Assembly: GCA_964016885.1 (NCBI GenBank) | Contig: OZ024745.1 | Span: 8,494,001-8,558,000 of the forward strand | DNA from: Eledone cirrhosa | Lineage: Eukaryota | Reading direction: 5' to 3' | DNA: 64,000 nt | Shown here: piece by piece, positions 36,562 to 47,300 of the stretch | Numbering within the stretch: the stretch's first letter is position 1 | Layout: every line of letters starts with the position of its first letter | The notes under the pieces: model-generated | Seen by the model: the letters and a program-made list of their open reading frames with translations, nothing else | What the model was told of the DNA's origin: nothing | The model's database searches: none | Translations under genes and position numbers: made by a program

Positions 36562-39500
36562 GGGCAGGGGCCCCAGGTTATCACAGCCTGGGCCCGCTCG
36601 TCATCGTGCCACATCGAGCCAAACAAGGCATTTAGTCTTGGCTGCTGGAACGCACGGACGCTGCTTGACAGGAATTCCTTGGAGTGTCCTGAACGAAGGA
36701 CCGCTCTTGTTGCAAAGGAGCTTCGACGTTACGATCTTGACATCGTGGCTTTATCTGAGATGAGGTTAGCTGGAGATGGTCATCTAACAGAATTTTGTGG
36801 AGAATATACATTCTTCTGGAACGGAAGAGATGAAGGAACCAGAAGAGAGGCTGGGGTAGCATTTGCTGTTAAGACTGTTCTTGTGAATAAAATAGAAGAA
36901 TTCCCAGTAGGGATTAGTGAGCGTCTTATGTCCATGAGAATTCCGCTGGACAAAGGAAGATATGCGACCCTGGTGAGTGTGTATGCTCCAACTATGAATT
37001 CTGTCGATGAAGAAAAAGTGTCCTTTTACCATGCCCTGAAAGGTGTTTTAAGAAATATCCCCCAGGCAGACAAAGTCATCGTGCTTGGTGACTTTAATAC
37101 TAGAGTGGGTAGGGATTTTAACACATGGAATGTAATCGGAAGGCATGGGGTGGGAAACTGTAACAACAATGGTATGCTCCTGCTGCAGATGTGTGAGGAG
37201 CTGGATCTGTGTGTTACCAACACCATGTTCCAACAAAAGAACAAATTCAAGACCACATGGATGCATCCTGCATCTAAGGAATGGCATCTTTTGGACTATG
37301 TCCTAGTCAGGATGCGTGACAGACATGATGTGCAGTGTGTTCTTGCTCTTCGTGGAGCTGAGTGCTGGACGGACCACCGCCTGGTACGCGCAAAAGTGAA
37401 ACTAATCACTAAATGTAAAATCTGGGCTCCTGGTGTTTCCCTGCCCAGAAGATTGAATGCTGCTCGTCTCAAGGATAAAAATGTGAAGAGGACATTGCAA
37501 GAAGAGATGCAGGTTGCAGATCTTGGTGAGGATTGGCCGACCCTTAAAAAGTCGGTTTATGATGTAGGCAGGCGTGTTCTGGGATTGGTGCAAAGTAAAC
37601 ATCAAGACTGGTTTAATGAGAATGATGAACATATAGAAGACTTGTTGGCTGATAAGAGGCGTGCTCTGTCACGCTACTTGACGGTAAAACCACAGGAGAA
37701 GAATATGTTGCATAAGGAACTCAAGGATGTGAAATCACGTGTTAGACGGAGTCTTTCTCAGATGAAGGATCAGTGGTGGAGTGAGAAGGCTGATGAGATA
37801 CAAACTGCGTCAGATTCCAATAACACAAAGCTGTTGTACAGTCTCTTGCGTGAAGTTTATGGACCGTCTTCTTCTCTGGTGACACCGCTTCGCAGCAAGG
37901 ATGGCAAAGAACTTCTTCGTGACTCACAAGGAATTCTACGAAGATGGCGAGAGCACTTTGATGATCTTTTGAATCAGCCGTCTGTCGTCAATGAAGATTT
38001 CCTCAATCTCATTCCAGAAAGTCCTATGAAAGTAGCTCTCGCAGAACCTCCGACACTTGTGGAGGTTGCAGTGGCTATCTCGAAGCTGAACAGTGGAAGG
38101 TCTCCAGGTATGGATGGCATACATGCTGAGCTCCTACAATATGGTGGTGAGAGGCTCCTGCAACATCTTCACTCTTTGTTTGGCAGGATATGGGCTAATG
38201 AATCCGTACCTGAGGACTGGAGAGATGCAGTAATGGTGGTCTTGTACAAGGGAAAGGGTAACAGGAATGATTGTGAGAATTACAGAGGTATATCATTGCT
38301 TTCTGTCGTAGGAAAAGTTTTATGTAGGGTGCTTCTGGACCGTCTGCTGACACACATTGCAGATTGTGTTCTTCCTGAAAGTCAAGCTGGTTTTCGTGCT
38401 GGACGCGACACTACTGATATGATCTTCTCAGCTAGACAGCTCCAGGAGAAGTGCATGGAACAAGGCTTGGATCTGTATCAGGTTTTTGTCGATCTGACAA
38501 AAGCTTTCGATACTGTTAACAGAAATTCATTATGGAAGGTTCTCCAGAAACTTGGTTGCCCTGATAAGTTCCTTGCTTTAGTTAGGTCTTTCCATGACGA
38601 TATGAAGGCTTGGGTTAATGTCGAAGGTAACATGTCGGAGCCTATCTCAGTAAAAAATGGAGTGAAACAGGGGGATATTCCAGCACCGACCCTGTTTGCC
38701 ATATACTTTGCAATGGTTTTCTATATTGGATTCAGGAATTGCGAGCATGGTGTTTACATCCGATATCGAACCTCAGGCAGCATATTTAACATCAGGCGCT
38801 TTGCTGCAAAAACAAAAGTATTTACATCAATCATAAGAGACCTCTTGTATGCAGATGATTGCGATCTTGTAGCGCACACAGAGAGTGATATGCAGCACAT
38901 TTTGAATGCATTTTCTGATGCTTACACTACCCTAGAATTGACTGTCAGTCTCAAGAAAACCGTCGTCATGTACCAACCTGCCCCTGGCAAGCAGTACAGT
39001 GAACCAAATATCTATGTGTATGGTAAACGACTTGGAGTGGTTGATCAGTTTGTCTACCTGGGAAGCACTGTCAATCGATACAGCAACCTTGATAGTGAAA
39101 TCCCACTCAGGATTAGGAAAGCAAGTGATGCTTTCGGAAAGCTAGAAAGGCGACTCTGGGGTCGGCGAGACATATGCAAGAAGACAAAGGTAAAGGTGTA
39201 CAAGGCATGTGTGCTCTCTTCTCTTCTTTATGCCTACGAGACCTGGGTCACATATCGACACCACCTTAAGCAATTGGAGCGTTTCCATCAGATGTGTCTT
39301 AGACGGATCCATGGCGTTCACTGGAGGGACCACATCAGTGATGTCGAGATTTTGGAAAGCTCTATGTATGACAGTATAGAAGCTCTTGTGCTTAAGCAAC
39401 GACTCCGTTGGAGTGGTCACTTTGCCAGGATGAAGGATTCTAGAATACCAAAACAACTCTTTTATGGAGAGTTAGTTAAAGGAAAACCACCGCCACATAA

Positions 39501-39795
39501 ACCAAAAAAGAGATATAAGGATTCCTTGAAAGCCTCTTTGAAAGACGCTAACATCTCTGCTGATACATGGGAAAATGTTGCTGCTGATCGTAATAAATGG
39601 AGAAAGACTGTATATGAGGGAAAAGTTGCCTTTGAGGCATCTCGAATCGGATACGAGAAAGTAAAGCGGGGTGTGAGGAAGGGCATTGCTGTTGCACGTC
39701 CAGACGGCGAGGGTCCTCCTATGGTGCTGACATGCTGCGTCTGTGCGAGACTGCCTAAGCAAAGCTGGACTCGAAAGTCATCTTCGCAGTCATAA
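36562..39795 (+). CDS. RTE endonuclease-reverse transcriptase; frame open from 36562, true start codon unresolved
   Basis: GCWNARTL, LSEMRL, VYAPT, GDFN, TDH, YRGISLL, QAGFR, DLTKAFD, GVKQG, LLYADD, QRLRWSGH; >1000 codons without a stop. Confidence 0.88.
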   Translation, partial: GQGPQVITAWARSSSCHIEPNKAFSLGCWNARTLLDRNSLECPERRTALVAKELRRYDLDIVALSEMRLAGDGHLTEFCGEYTFFWNGRDEGTRREAGVAFAVKTVLVNKIEEFPVGISERLMSMRIPLDKGRYATLVSVYAPTMNSVDEEKVSFYHALKGVLRNIPQADKVIVLGDFNTRVGRDFNTWNVIGRHGVGNCNNNGMLLLQMCEELDLCVTNTMFQQKNKFKTTWMHPASKEWHLLDYVLVRMRDRHDVQCVLALRGAECWTDHRLVRAKVKLITKCKIWAPGVSLPRRLNAARLKDKNVKRTLQEEMQVADLGEDWPTLKKSVYDVGRRVLGLVQSKHQDWFNENDEHIEDLLADKRRALSRYLTVKPQEKNMLHKELKDVKSRVRRSLSQMKDQWWSEKADEIQTASDSNNTKLLYSLLREVYGPSSSLVTPLRSKDGKELLRDSQGILRRWREHFDDLLNQPSVVNEDFLNLIPESPMKVALAEPPTLVEVAVAISKLNSGRSPGMDGIHAELLQYGGERLLQHLHSLFGRIWANESVPEDWRDAVMVVLYKGKGNRNDCENYRGISLLSVVGKVLCRVLLDRLLTHIADCVLPESQAGFRAGRDTTDMIFSARQLQEKCMEQGLDLYQVFVDLTKAFDTVNRNSLWKVLQKLGCPDKFLALVRSFHDDMKAWVNVEGNMSEPISVKNGVKQGDIPAPTLFAIYFAMVFYIGFRNCEHGVYIRYRTSGSIFNIRRFAAKTKVFTSIIRDLLYADDCDLVAHTESDMQHILNAFSDAYTTLELTVSLKKTVVMYQPAPGKQYSEPNIYVYGKRLGVVDQFVYLGSTVNRYSNLDSEIPLRIRKASDAFGKLERRLWGRRDICKKTKVKVYKACVLSSLLYAYETWVTYRHHLKQLERFHQMCLRRIHGVHWRDHISDVEILESSMYDSIEALVLKQRLRWSGHFARMKDSRIPKQLFYGELVKGKPPPHKPKKRYKDSLKASLKDANISADTWENVAADRNKWRKTVYEGKVAFEASRIGYEKVKRGVRKGIAVARPDGEGPPMVLTCCVCARLPKQSWTRKSSSQS

Positions 39796-40027
39796 AGTAA
39801 GACCAGTGGTTGACTACCAGGCTGCTGTTGGAGATGCTACTCATAATGGTTGCCAAGCATGTGGTAGAGAATGTAAATCAGCAAGAGGTCTCAAACGACA
39901 TGCAAAAGTACACGAACTCCAACCACAGCCGACTATTCCCAGTGAATGTTTTGGTTGCCGACTCTGTGCAGGACATTTTAGATCATTGGCTGGGCTAAAA
40001 AGCCACATTCGATCGCAGCGCTGTTAA
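39730..40027 (+). pseudogene. Three C2H2-type zinc fingers, frameshifted C-terminus of the RTE ORF
   Basis: CCVCA/RDCLSKAGLESHLRSH, CQACGRECKSARGLKRHAKVH, CRLCAGHFRSLAGLKSHIRSQ (last His altered); frameshift near 39745-39750. Confidence 0.8.
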
Positions 40028-40242
40028 TTGCTATCGTGTGTGTGTTTATGTGTGTTTATGTGTGTTTATGTGTGTTTATGTGTGTGGGTGTGTGTGTATA
40101 TATATATGTATATTATTATTGTTGTTGTTGTCGTTATTATTATTGTTGTTATTATTATTACTGTTATTATTATGTTTTTTGTTTTTTTTTCTCGTGCAAT
40201 GGCCATACTCGATAACGAGGGGGCAGCCATCATGTATGTATG

Positions 40243-43200
40243 TTTTCTCTTTCTCTTAATTTCGAGTATATTTTTTTGACCGGCCACCTTCCTGGTGGCA
40301 AGGTTGTAAAAGAAAAGAAATTGTCATCCCTTGAATCGCAAGAATGTTTTGCAAATTTTGAAGGTGCCAGCTATCGCAGCCATTTGTAGACTATGAATTA
40401 GGGAGCTGCGCTTTTTGTCCGCAAATCCAAGTTCAGTCATACTTTGGTCCAAATGGGTTGGTATATAACCCGTAGCTCCAATAATGATGGGTATGAAGCT
40501 AAAGGTGTATCTTGGATACTAGATTTGCAAACTCCTCATCAATGGTCCGTAGATGTCCTCCTTCTCCTGTATTTTTCTGACAACGTTTACAGCAAGTGGG
40601 CAGCTGATCTCCACAACAGAACACGTTTTCAATGTGCGGTCCCAAACAACAATATCAGGCCGGTTGTGCTTTAATTTGGTGGCAGTTTTTATTTTCAGGT
40701 TCCACCAGTATTCCTTAGTGCCATCTGTCTCAATATATTCTTCCTCGTTTGTTGTTAATTTTGTTTTCCGAAGTGCGTTCCAGATGGTTCTAGCTATCCC
40801 ATCGTGTCTCATGGGTAGGTAGTAGCGAGATGACATTCTTTCGCAGCTGGCAACAATGTGGCTTACATTCTCGATCTTTGTTTTATATAGCCTACATTTA
40901 TTGTCAGCTGATGGCCCTCCCCTTTTGTGCAGCAAATATTTGGTAGGGAGTTCTTGTTCCTGTATTGCATAGAGATATCCCTCAAGGTGTGATGTCATAA
41001 ACTTGTCGGAACTCCAAGCCAGGCTTTTTGAGTGGTTTATCCCCTCTATGGTCTGTGTTTTACGTCTCAAGTATCCATGCACAACTTTTTCTGTAAATTG
41101 GTCAATTATTTCATCTTGTTTGAACATTGAATAGGATCTTCCGATTTCTCTGGGTGAGAGATTTATATCAGGCTTTATTCCATATCTCTCCTCCAGATCA
41201 GTGGCTATTCTAATGATATTTTTTTTTCATGCTCATAAACCTGGGCAAGATGGTTGCCAACCTTTTTCCTCTGTTGAAGGTGTTGCTTCAGTGTTACTAT
41301 CCGGGTCTCTTATGATGTTAATATGGATTTTAGACCCCGGCCACCTTCCTTGCGTGAGAAGTATAGCCTATCCACATCACCATTGATGTTAAAGTTCCCA
41401 ATAACACTGAGAAGTTTGCGAGTTCTAACATCCATCTCACTTAGTTCTTGCAATGACCAGTTCAGCAGGCCAAATGTTGGCGTTAGAATTGGCACAGCAT
41501 AAGTATTGTGGGCAATGTATTTGTTGTACGCTGACAATTCTGATGACCATATTTTCTTTACTCTTCTGAGGTATTCAGTTCTGGTTCTCTCCTTATTTAT
41601 GGGTCCATCATATCTGACATTCTCATCCTGTCCAAGATATCTGTAGTTGTCACCTGACTGTAGAGGTTGTATTATCAGGCCGTTCATCTCTAGATTTCTA
41701 GAGGAGGGCACAGCTCTTCCACGTTTTACTGCCAAATATGCACACTTGGACTCACCAAATTTCATTTTGATGTCTGTTGAAAATTGTGTAATGAGGTCCA
41801 ATTGTTTCTTGATGTCATTGATATTTGGCCCATACAACTTCAGGTCATCAACAAAGAAAAGATGGGAGATACTTCTGGACCCACTTCTTTGTCCACCTTG
41901 TTTCCTGAGTAGGTAAGATAGTAGATTTAGTGAGAGAACGAGAGTAGCACTGACAAACTATCACCCTGAAAGATGCCCTTCTGGTAATGTATCCTATCAG
42001 TCTTAACTTGCTCCTTCTCACCTCTAAGGATCAAATTGGTGTACCAGTTCTTGGTCAGACGTTCAATAGCAGCTCCAGTGGTTGTGGGACTTTGGCTAAC
42101 TGTAAAGCCTTAACAATCCACCCATGAGGTACACTATCAAATGCTTTTTGATAGTCCAGCCATACCACATTCATGTTTCTGCGATTCTTTGTTGTTTTTT
42201 CTTGAATCATTTTATTAGTTAGTAGGTGATCTATGCAACCCCACACCTCCCTCTTTCCACCAGCTTGCTCAGGTGTTATGATGTTGTTGGTAGCACAGTG
42301 ATCCTGTAAGAACAGGTTAAGGCACCCAGTATATAATGTATACATGATGTTTTGGCAGGCTATTAGGCGGCAAATTTTAGCAAGGATGGTTTGGCTATTT
42401 TGGGGAATGAGGAGAGTAGTGGCAGTTGATAACCATCTGGGCAGTTCTTGTGTGCCCTTAATGGTTTCTGTAAACAGCCGTATGAGATCTTGCCGATAGA
42501 AAGTGAAATTCTTCAACCAGTATCCTGTAATGAGGTCTGGGCCTGGCGATTTCCTATTCGACATTTTCTGTAGAGCTGTTTCCAGCATTGACCCATCTAT
42601 GTCATATTGTTTTGTCTGGACATGTTGGCAGTAGTCCTGTTCCAGTTCTTTTAGCCAATTAGTTTGTCTGCTGAATCAGTCATCCGTTTCCCATACAGAT
42701 CTCCAGTAGCTCTCAACCTGTTCTTTTGAAGGGGTGTCATTCACAGGGATTGAGCTTTTGCCACCGAAGCTGCGATAAACTGATTTAAGATCTCTGGCAA
42801 ACAATCTATTTAGCACTTGTCGTTTATGTGCTGTTGACTTATATTTTAGTCTTTCTGTTGTAGCTGTGAGTTGTTGTTTCAACTGGTGTAATTTGGAGTT
42901 CAAAGTTTTAAATTTTGTATCTTCAAATCGTCTCTCTAACATTTTTTTTAGGTTTTCCTGGTGTCGTGTAAAGTTGCTCTCTATGCTGCATTTCATAACG
43001 ACTGCGATGTGTGAGATACTTCGTCTCAGGGACAAAATTTTGCTTTTTAAATTTCGCATCCACGCTGGTTCAGGCTTTTTGTTTGTATCTTGATTGCGTG
43101 GTTTTAGATGTGTGTTATATGATAGCAATGTGATAGCTGAAACATATAACAAAATATTAAGCGTTTCAAATGTCGTTTCTCCACCTTTAGATCGTATAGC

Positions 43201-44037
43201 CTTCAGATAATTGCCAGCTATTTCGTCCACCGCTTCCAATTCCAATTTAGTGGGTTCTTTACTGATTCTGGTGTTGAACGGTCTGTCACTCACGTTAAGG
43301 TTGTGTATCTCTTGAAACATATCGTCCCATATCACTTGTAAGGTGTCCACAAGTTTTTGGTGTTCTGTTTGTACAGTAGAGTCATGAATTTCAGCCTCGT
43401 TGTTGATGTGGTGACAATTACTACTAGAGTTAGCTGACCATTCTCGCTGTTCTTCAGTGGAAGTGGGATGGATTTCAGCAAAATTGTTGGTGAGCTGTTC
43501 ACTGTTAGATTTAGCTGACCATTCTCTTTGTCTGTCAGTGGAGGTGGGGTGGTTGTCTACAAGGGCTGTATTTGTAGTATCACTCAATTCCGTTAGATGT
43601 ATTAATTTACATCTAATGATACGTTTTGCCTGTTCATTTAAATGCGTTGGAGAAAAGTCTAATTCTGGGTGTTTGGAGTTCCATAAAGTTTTAAGCCTTT
43701 GCATAAAAGCGAACTTTGGGGGTTCAGATTGTTTGTATGCTTCATATAATTCTTTGTTAAGCTCGTAGCTCCACTGTATACAACGGTTGTAGTTGCCATA
43801 TTTGGTCGAAGGAGACTTGTACGTTTTGCCATGATGAGTTCGTCTATTCACTAATATTTTGTATTTATTTTTCAAAATAGTCGATGAACTTCTTTAAAAT
43901 TTTCGACAAAGTTCTGTCAGAATCAAATCTAAAGTTATTCACAGCTTGGGTAATATTTCTTTTCAGTTAGTTTTTAATTCTACAACGGTGTTTTAAACGT
44001 TGTTCTTGAATCGTTTGAATCGAGAACGAAAAAAAAA
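40243..44037 (-). mobile_element. R4/Dong-like RLE non-LTR retrotransposon, apparently full length, frameshifted
   Basis: N-terminal WSYELNKELY..LW, RT (KSPGPD, DYQKAFDSVPH, GIFQGDSLS, HLFFVDDLKLY, GGRGL), CCHC knuckle, RHD and RPDIVV..EISCP RLE; (ATGT)n on both flanks. Confidence 0.92.
40324..43875 (-). pseudogene. RT-RLE ORF of the R4-like element
   Basis: ORF fragments 42676-43875, 42055-42588, 41310-41837 and 40519-41127 tile one protein. Confidence 0.88.
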
Positions 44038-44218
44038 TGTATGTATGTATGTATGTATGTATGTATGTATGTATGTATGTATGTATGTATGTATGTTTGT
44101 ATGTATGTTTGTATGTATGTATGTATGTATGTTTGTTTCTATGTATGTATGTATGTATGTATGTATGTATGTATGTATGTATGTTTGTTTGTATGTTTGT
44201 TTGTATGTATGTATGTAT
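44038..44218. repeat. (ATGT)n microsatellite
   Basis: Direct inspection. Confidence 0.95.
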
Positions 44219-44309
44219 GATAGAGTAAGGAATAACAAATTCTATTTGATAAGAAGATTCTATTAGCAACTTGAAATTTCCGTGTATGAATCATGCCTCA
44301 GAAATATTC

Positions 44310-47300
44310 GCTACAGGACAGTCTAGGATGGGTGGGGGAGTGTTGGCTACAGGACAGTCTAGGGTGGGTGGGGTAGTGTTGGCTACAGGACAGTCTAGGG
44401 TGGGTGGGGTAGTGTTGGCTACAGGACAGTCTAGGATGGGTGGGGTAGTGTTGGCTACAGGACAGTCTAGGATGGGTGGGGGAGTGTTGGCTACAGGACA
44501 GTCTAGGGTGGGTGGGGTAGTGTTGGCTACAGGACAGTCTAGGGTGGGTGGGGTAGTGTTGGCTACAGGACAGTCTAGGGTGGGTGGGGTAGTGTTGGCT
44601 ACAGGACAGTCTAGGGTGGGTGGGGTAGTGTTGGCTACAGAACAGTCTAGGGTGGGGTGGGTAGTGTTGGCTACAGGACATTCTAGGGTGGGGGGGGGTA
44701 GTGTTGGCTACAGAACAGTCTAGGGTGGGTGGGGTAGTGTTGGCTACAGGACAGTCTAGGGTGGGGTGGGTAGTGTTGGCTACAGGACATTCTAGGGTGG
44801 GTGGGGTAGTGTTGGCTACAGGACAGTCTAAGGTGGGTGGGGTAGTGTTGGCTACAGGGCATTCTAGGGTGGGGGGGGGGGGGGGTAGTGTTGGCTACAG
44901 AACAGTCTAGGGTGGGTGGGGTAGTGTTGGCTACAGGACAGTCTAGGGTGGGGTGGGTAGTGTTGGCTACAGGACAGTCTAGGGTATGGTGGGTAGTGTT
45001 GGCTACAGGACAGTCTAGGGTGGGTGGGGTAGTGTTGGCTACAGAACAGTCTAGGGTGGGGTGGGTAGTGTTGGCTACAGGACAGTCATGTTGGGGTGGG
45101 TAGTCTTGGCTACAGGACAGTCTAGGATGGGTGGGGGAGTGTTGGCTACAGGACAGTCTAGGTTGGGTGGGGTAGCGTTGGCTACAGGACAGTCTAAGGT
45201 GGGTGGGGTAGTATTGGCTACAGGTCATTCTAGGGTGGGTGGGTAGTGTTGGCTACAGGACAGTCTAAGGTGGGTGGGGTAGTGTTGGCTACAGGACCTT
45301 CTAGGGTGGGTGGGGTAGTGTTGGCTACAGGACAGTATAGGTTGGGTGGGGTAGTGTTGGCTACAGGAGAATCTAAGGTGGGTGGGGTAGTGTTGGCTAC
45401 AGGACATTCTAGGGTGGGTGGGGTAGTGTTGGCTACAGGACAGTCTAAGGTGGGGGGGGTAGTGTTGGCTACAGGACCTTCTAGGGTGGGTGGGGTAGTG
45501 TTGGCTACAGGACAGTCTAAGGTGGGTGGGGTAGTGTTGGCTACAAGACAGTCTAGGGTGGGGTGGGGTAGTGTTGGCTACAGGACAGTCTAGGGTGGGT
45601 GGGGTAGTGTTGGCTACAGGACAGTCTAAGGTGAGTGGGGTAGTGTTGGCTTCAGGACAGTCTAGAGTGGGGTAGTGTTGGCTACAGGACATATAGGGTG
45701 GGTGGGGTAGTGTTGGCTACAGGACAGTCTAGGGTGGCTGGGGTAGTGTTCGCTACAGTACAGTCTAGGGTCGGTGGGGTAGTGTTGGCTACAGGACAGT
45801 ATATGGTGGGGTGGGGTAGTGTTGGCTACAGGACAGTCTAGGGTGGGTGGGGTAGTGTTGGCTACAGGACATTCTATGGTAGGGTGGGGTAGTGTTGGCT
45901 ACAGGACAGTCTAAGGTGGGTGGGGTAGTGCTGGCTACAGGACAGTCTAGGGGGGTGGGGTAGTGTTGGCTACAGGACATTCTAAGGTGGGTGAGGTAGT
46001 GTTCGCTACAGGACAGTCTAAGGATGGTGGGGTAGTGTTAGCTACAGGACATCTAGGGTGGGTGGGGTAGTGTTGGCTACAGGACATCTAGGTTGTGTGG
46101 GGTAGTGTTGGCTAAAGGACATTCTAGGGTGGGTGGGGTAGTGTTGGCTACAGGACGATCTAGGGTGGGTGGGGTAGTGTTGTCTACAGGACAGTCTAGG
46201 GTGGGTGGGGCAGTGTTGGCTGCAGGACAGTCTAGGGTGGGTGGGGTAGTGTTGGCTACAGGACGATCTAGGGTGGGTGCGGCAGTCTTGGCTACAGGAC
46301 AGTCTATGGTGTGTGGATAGTGTTGGCTACAGGACAGTCTAGGGTGGGTGGGGTAGTGTTGGCTTCAGGACATTCTAAGGTGGGTGGGGTAGTGTTGGCT
46401 ACAGGACAGTCAAGGGTGGGTAGGTTAGTGTTGGCTACAGGACATTCTAGGGTGGGTGGGGTAGTATTGGCTACAGGACACTCTAGGTTGGGTGGGGTAG
46501 AGTTAGCTACAGGACATTCTAAGGTGGGTGGGGTAGTGTTGGCCACAGGACATTCTAGGGTGGGTGGGGTAGTATTAGCTACAGGACACTCTAGGGTGGG
46601 GTAGTGTTGGCTACAGGACAGTCAAGGGTGGGTAGGTTAGTGTTGGCTACAGGACATTCTAGGGTGGGTGGGGTAGTATTGGCTACAGGACACTCTAGGT
46701 TGGGTGGGGTAGAGTTGGCTACAGGACAGTCTATGGTGGGGTGGGGTAGTGTTGGCTACAGGACATTCTAAGGTGGGTGGGGTAGTGTTGGCTACAGGAC
46801 ATTCTAGGGTGGGTGGGGTAGTATTAGCTACAGGACACTCTAGGGTGGGGTAGTGTTGGCTACAGGACAGTCTATGGTGGGGTGGGGTAGTGTTGGCTAC
46901 AGGACATTCTAAGGTGGGTGGGGTAGTGTTGGCTACAGGACATTCTAGGGTGGGTGGGGTAGTATTGGCTACAGGACACTCTAGGTTGGGTGGGGTAGTG
47001 TTGGCTACAAGACAGTCTATGGTGGGGTGGGGTAGTGTTGGCTACAGGACATTCTAAGGTGGGTGGGGTAGTGTTGGCTACAGGACATTCTAGGGTGGGT
47101 GGGGTAGTATTGGCTACAGGACACTCTAGGTTGGGTGGGGTAGTGTTGGCTACAGGACAGTCTCTGGTGGGGTGGGGTAGTTTTGGCTACAGGACATTCT
47201 AAGGTGGGTGGGGTAGTGTTGGCTACAGGACATTCTAGGGTGGGTGGGGTAGTATTGGCTACAGGACAGTCTAGGTTGGGTGGGTTAGTGTTGGCTACAG

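Larger units (their letters stand above)
36470..40242 (+). mobile_element. RTE-clade LINE, near full length (5' boundary approximate)
   Basis: Single long APE-RT ORF, C2H2 fingers, microsatellite-containing 3'UTR, terminal stem-loop and (ATGT)n tail. Confidence 0.92.
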
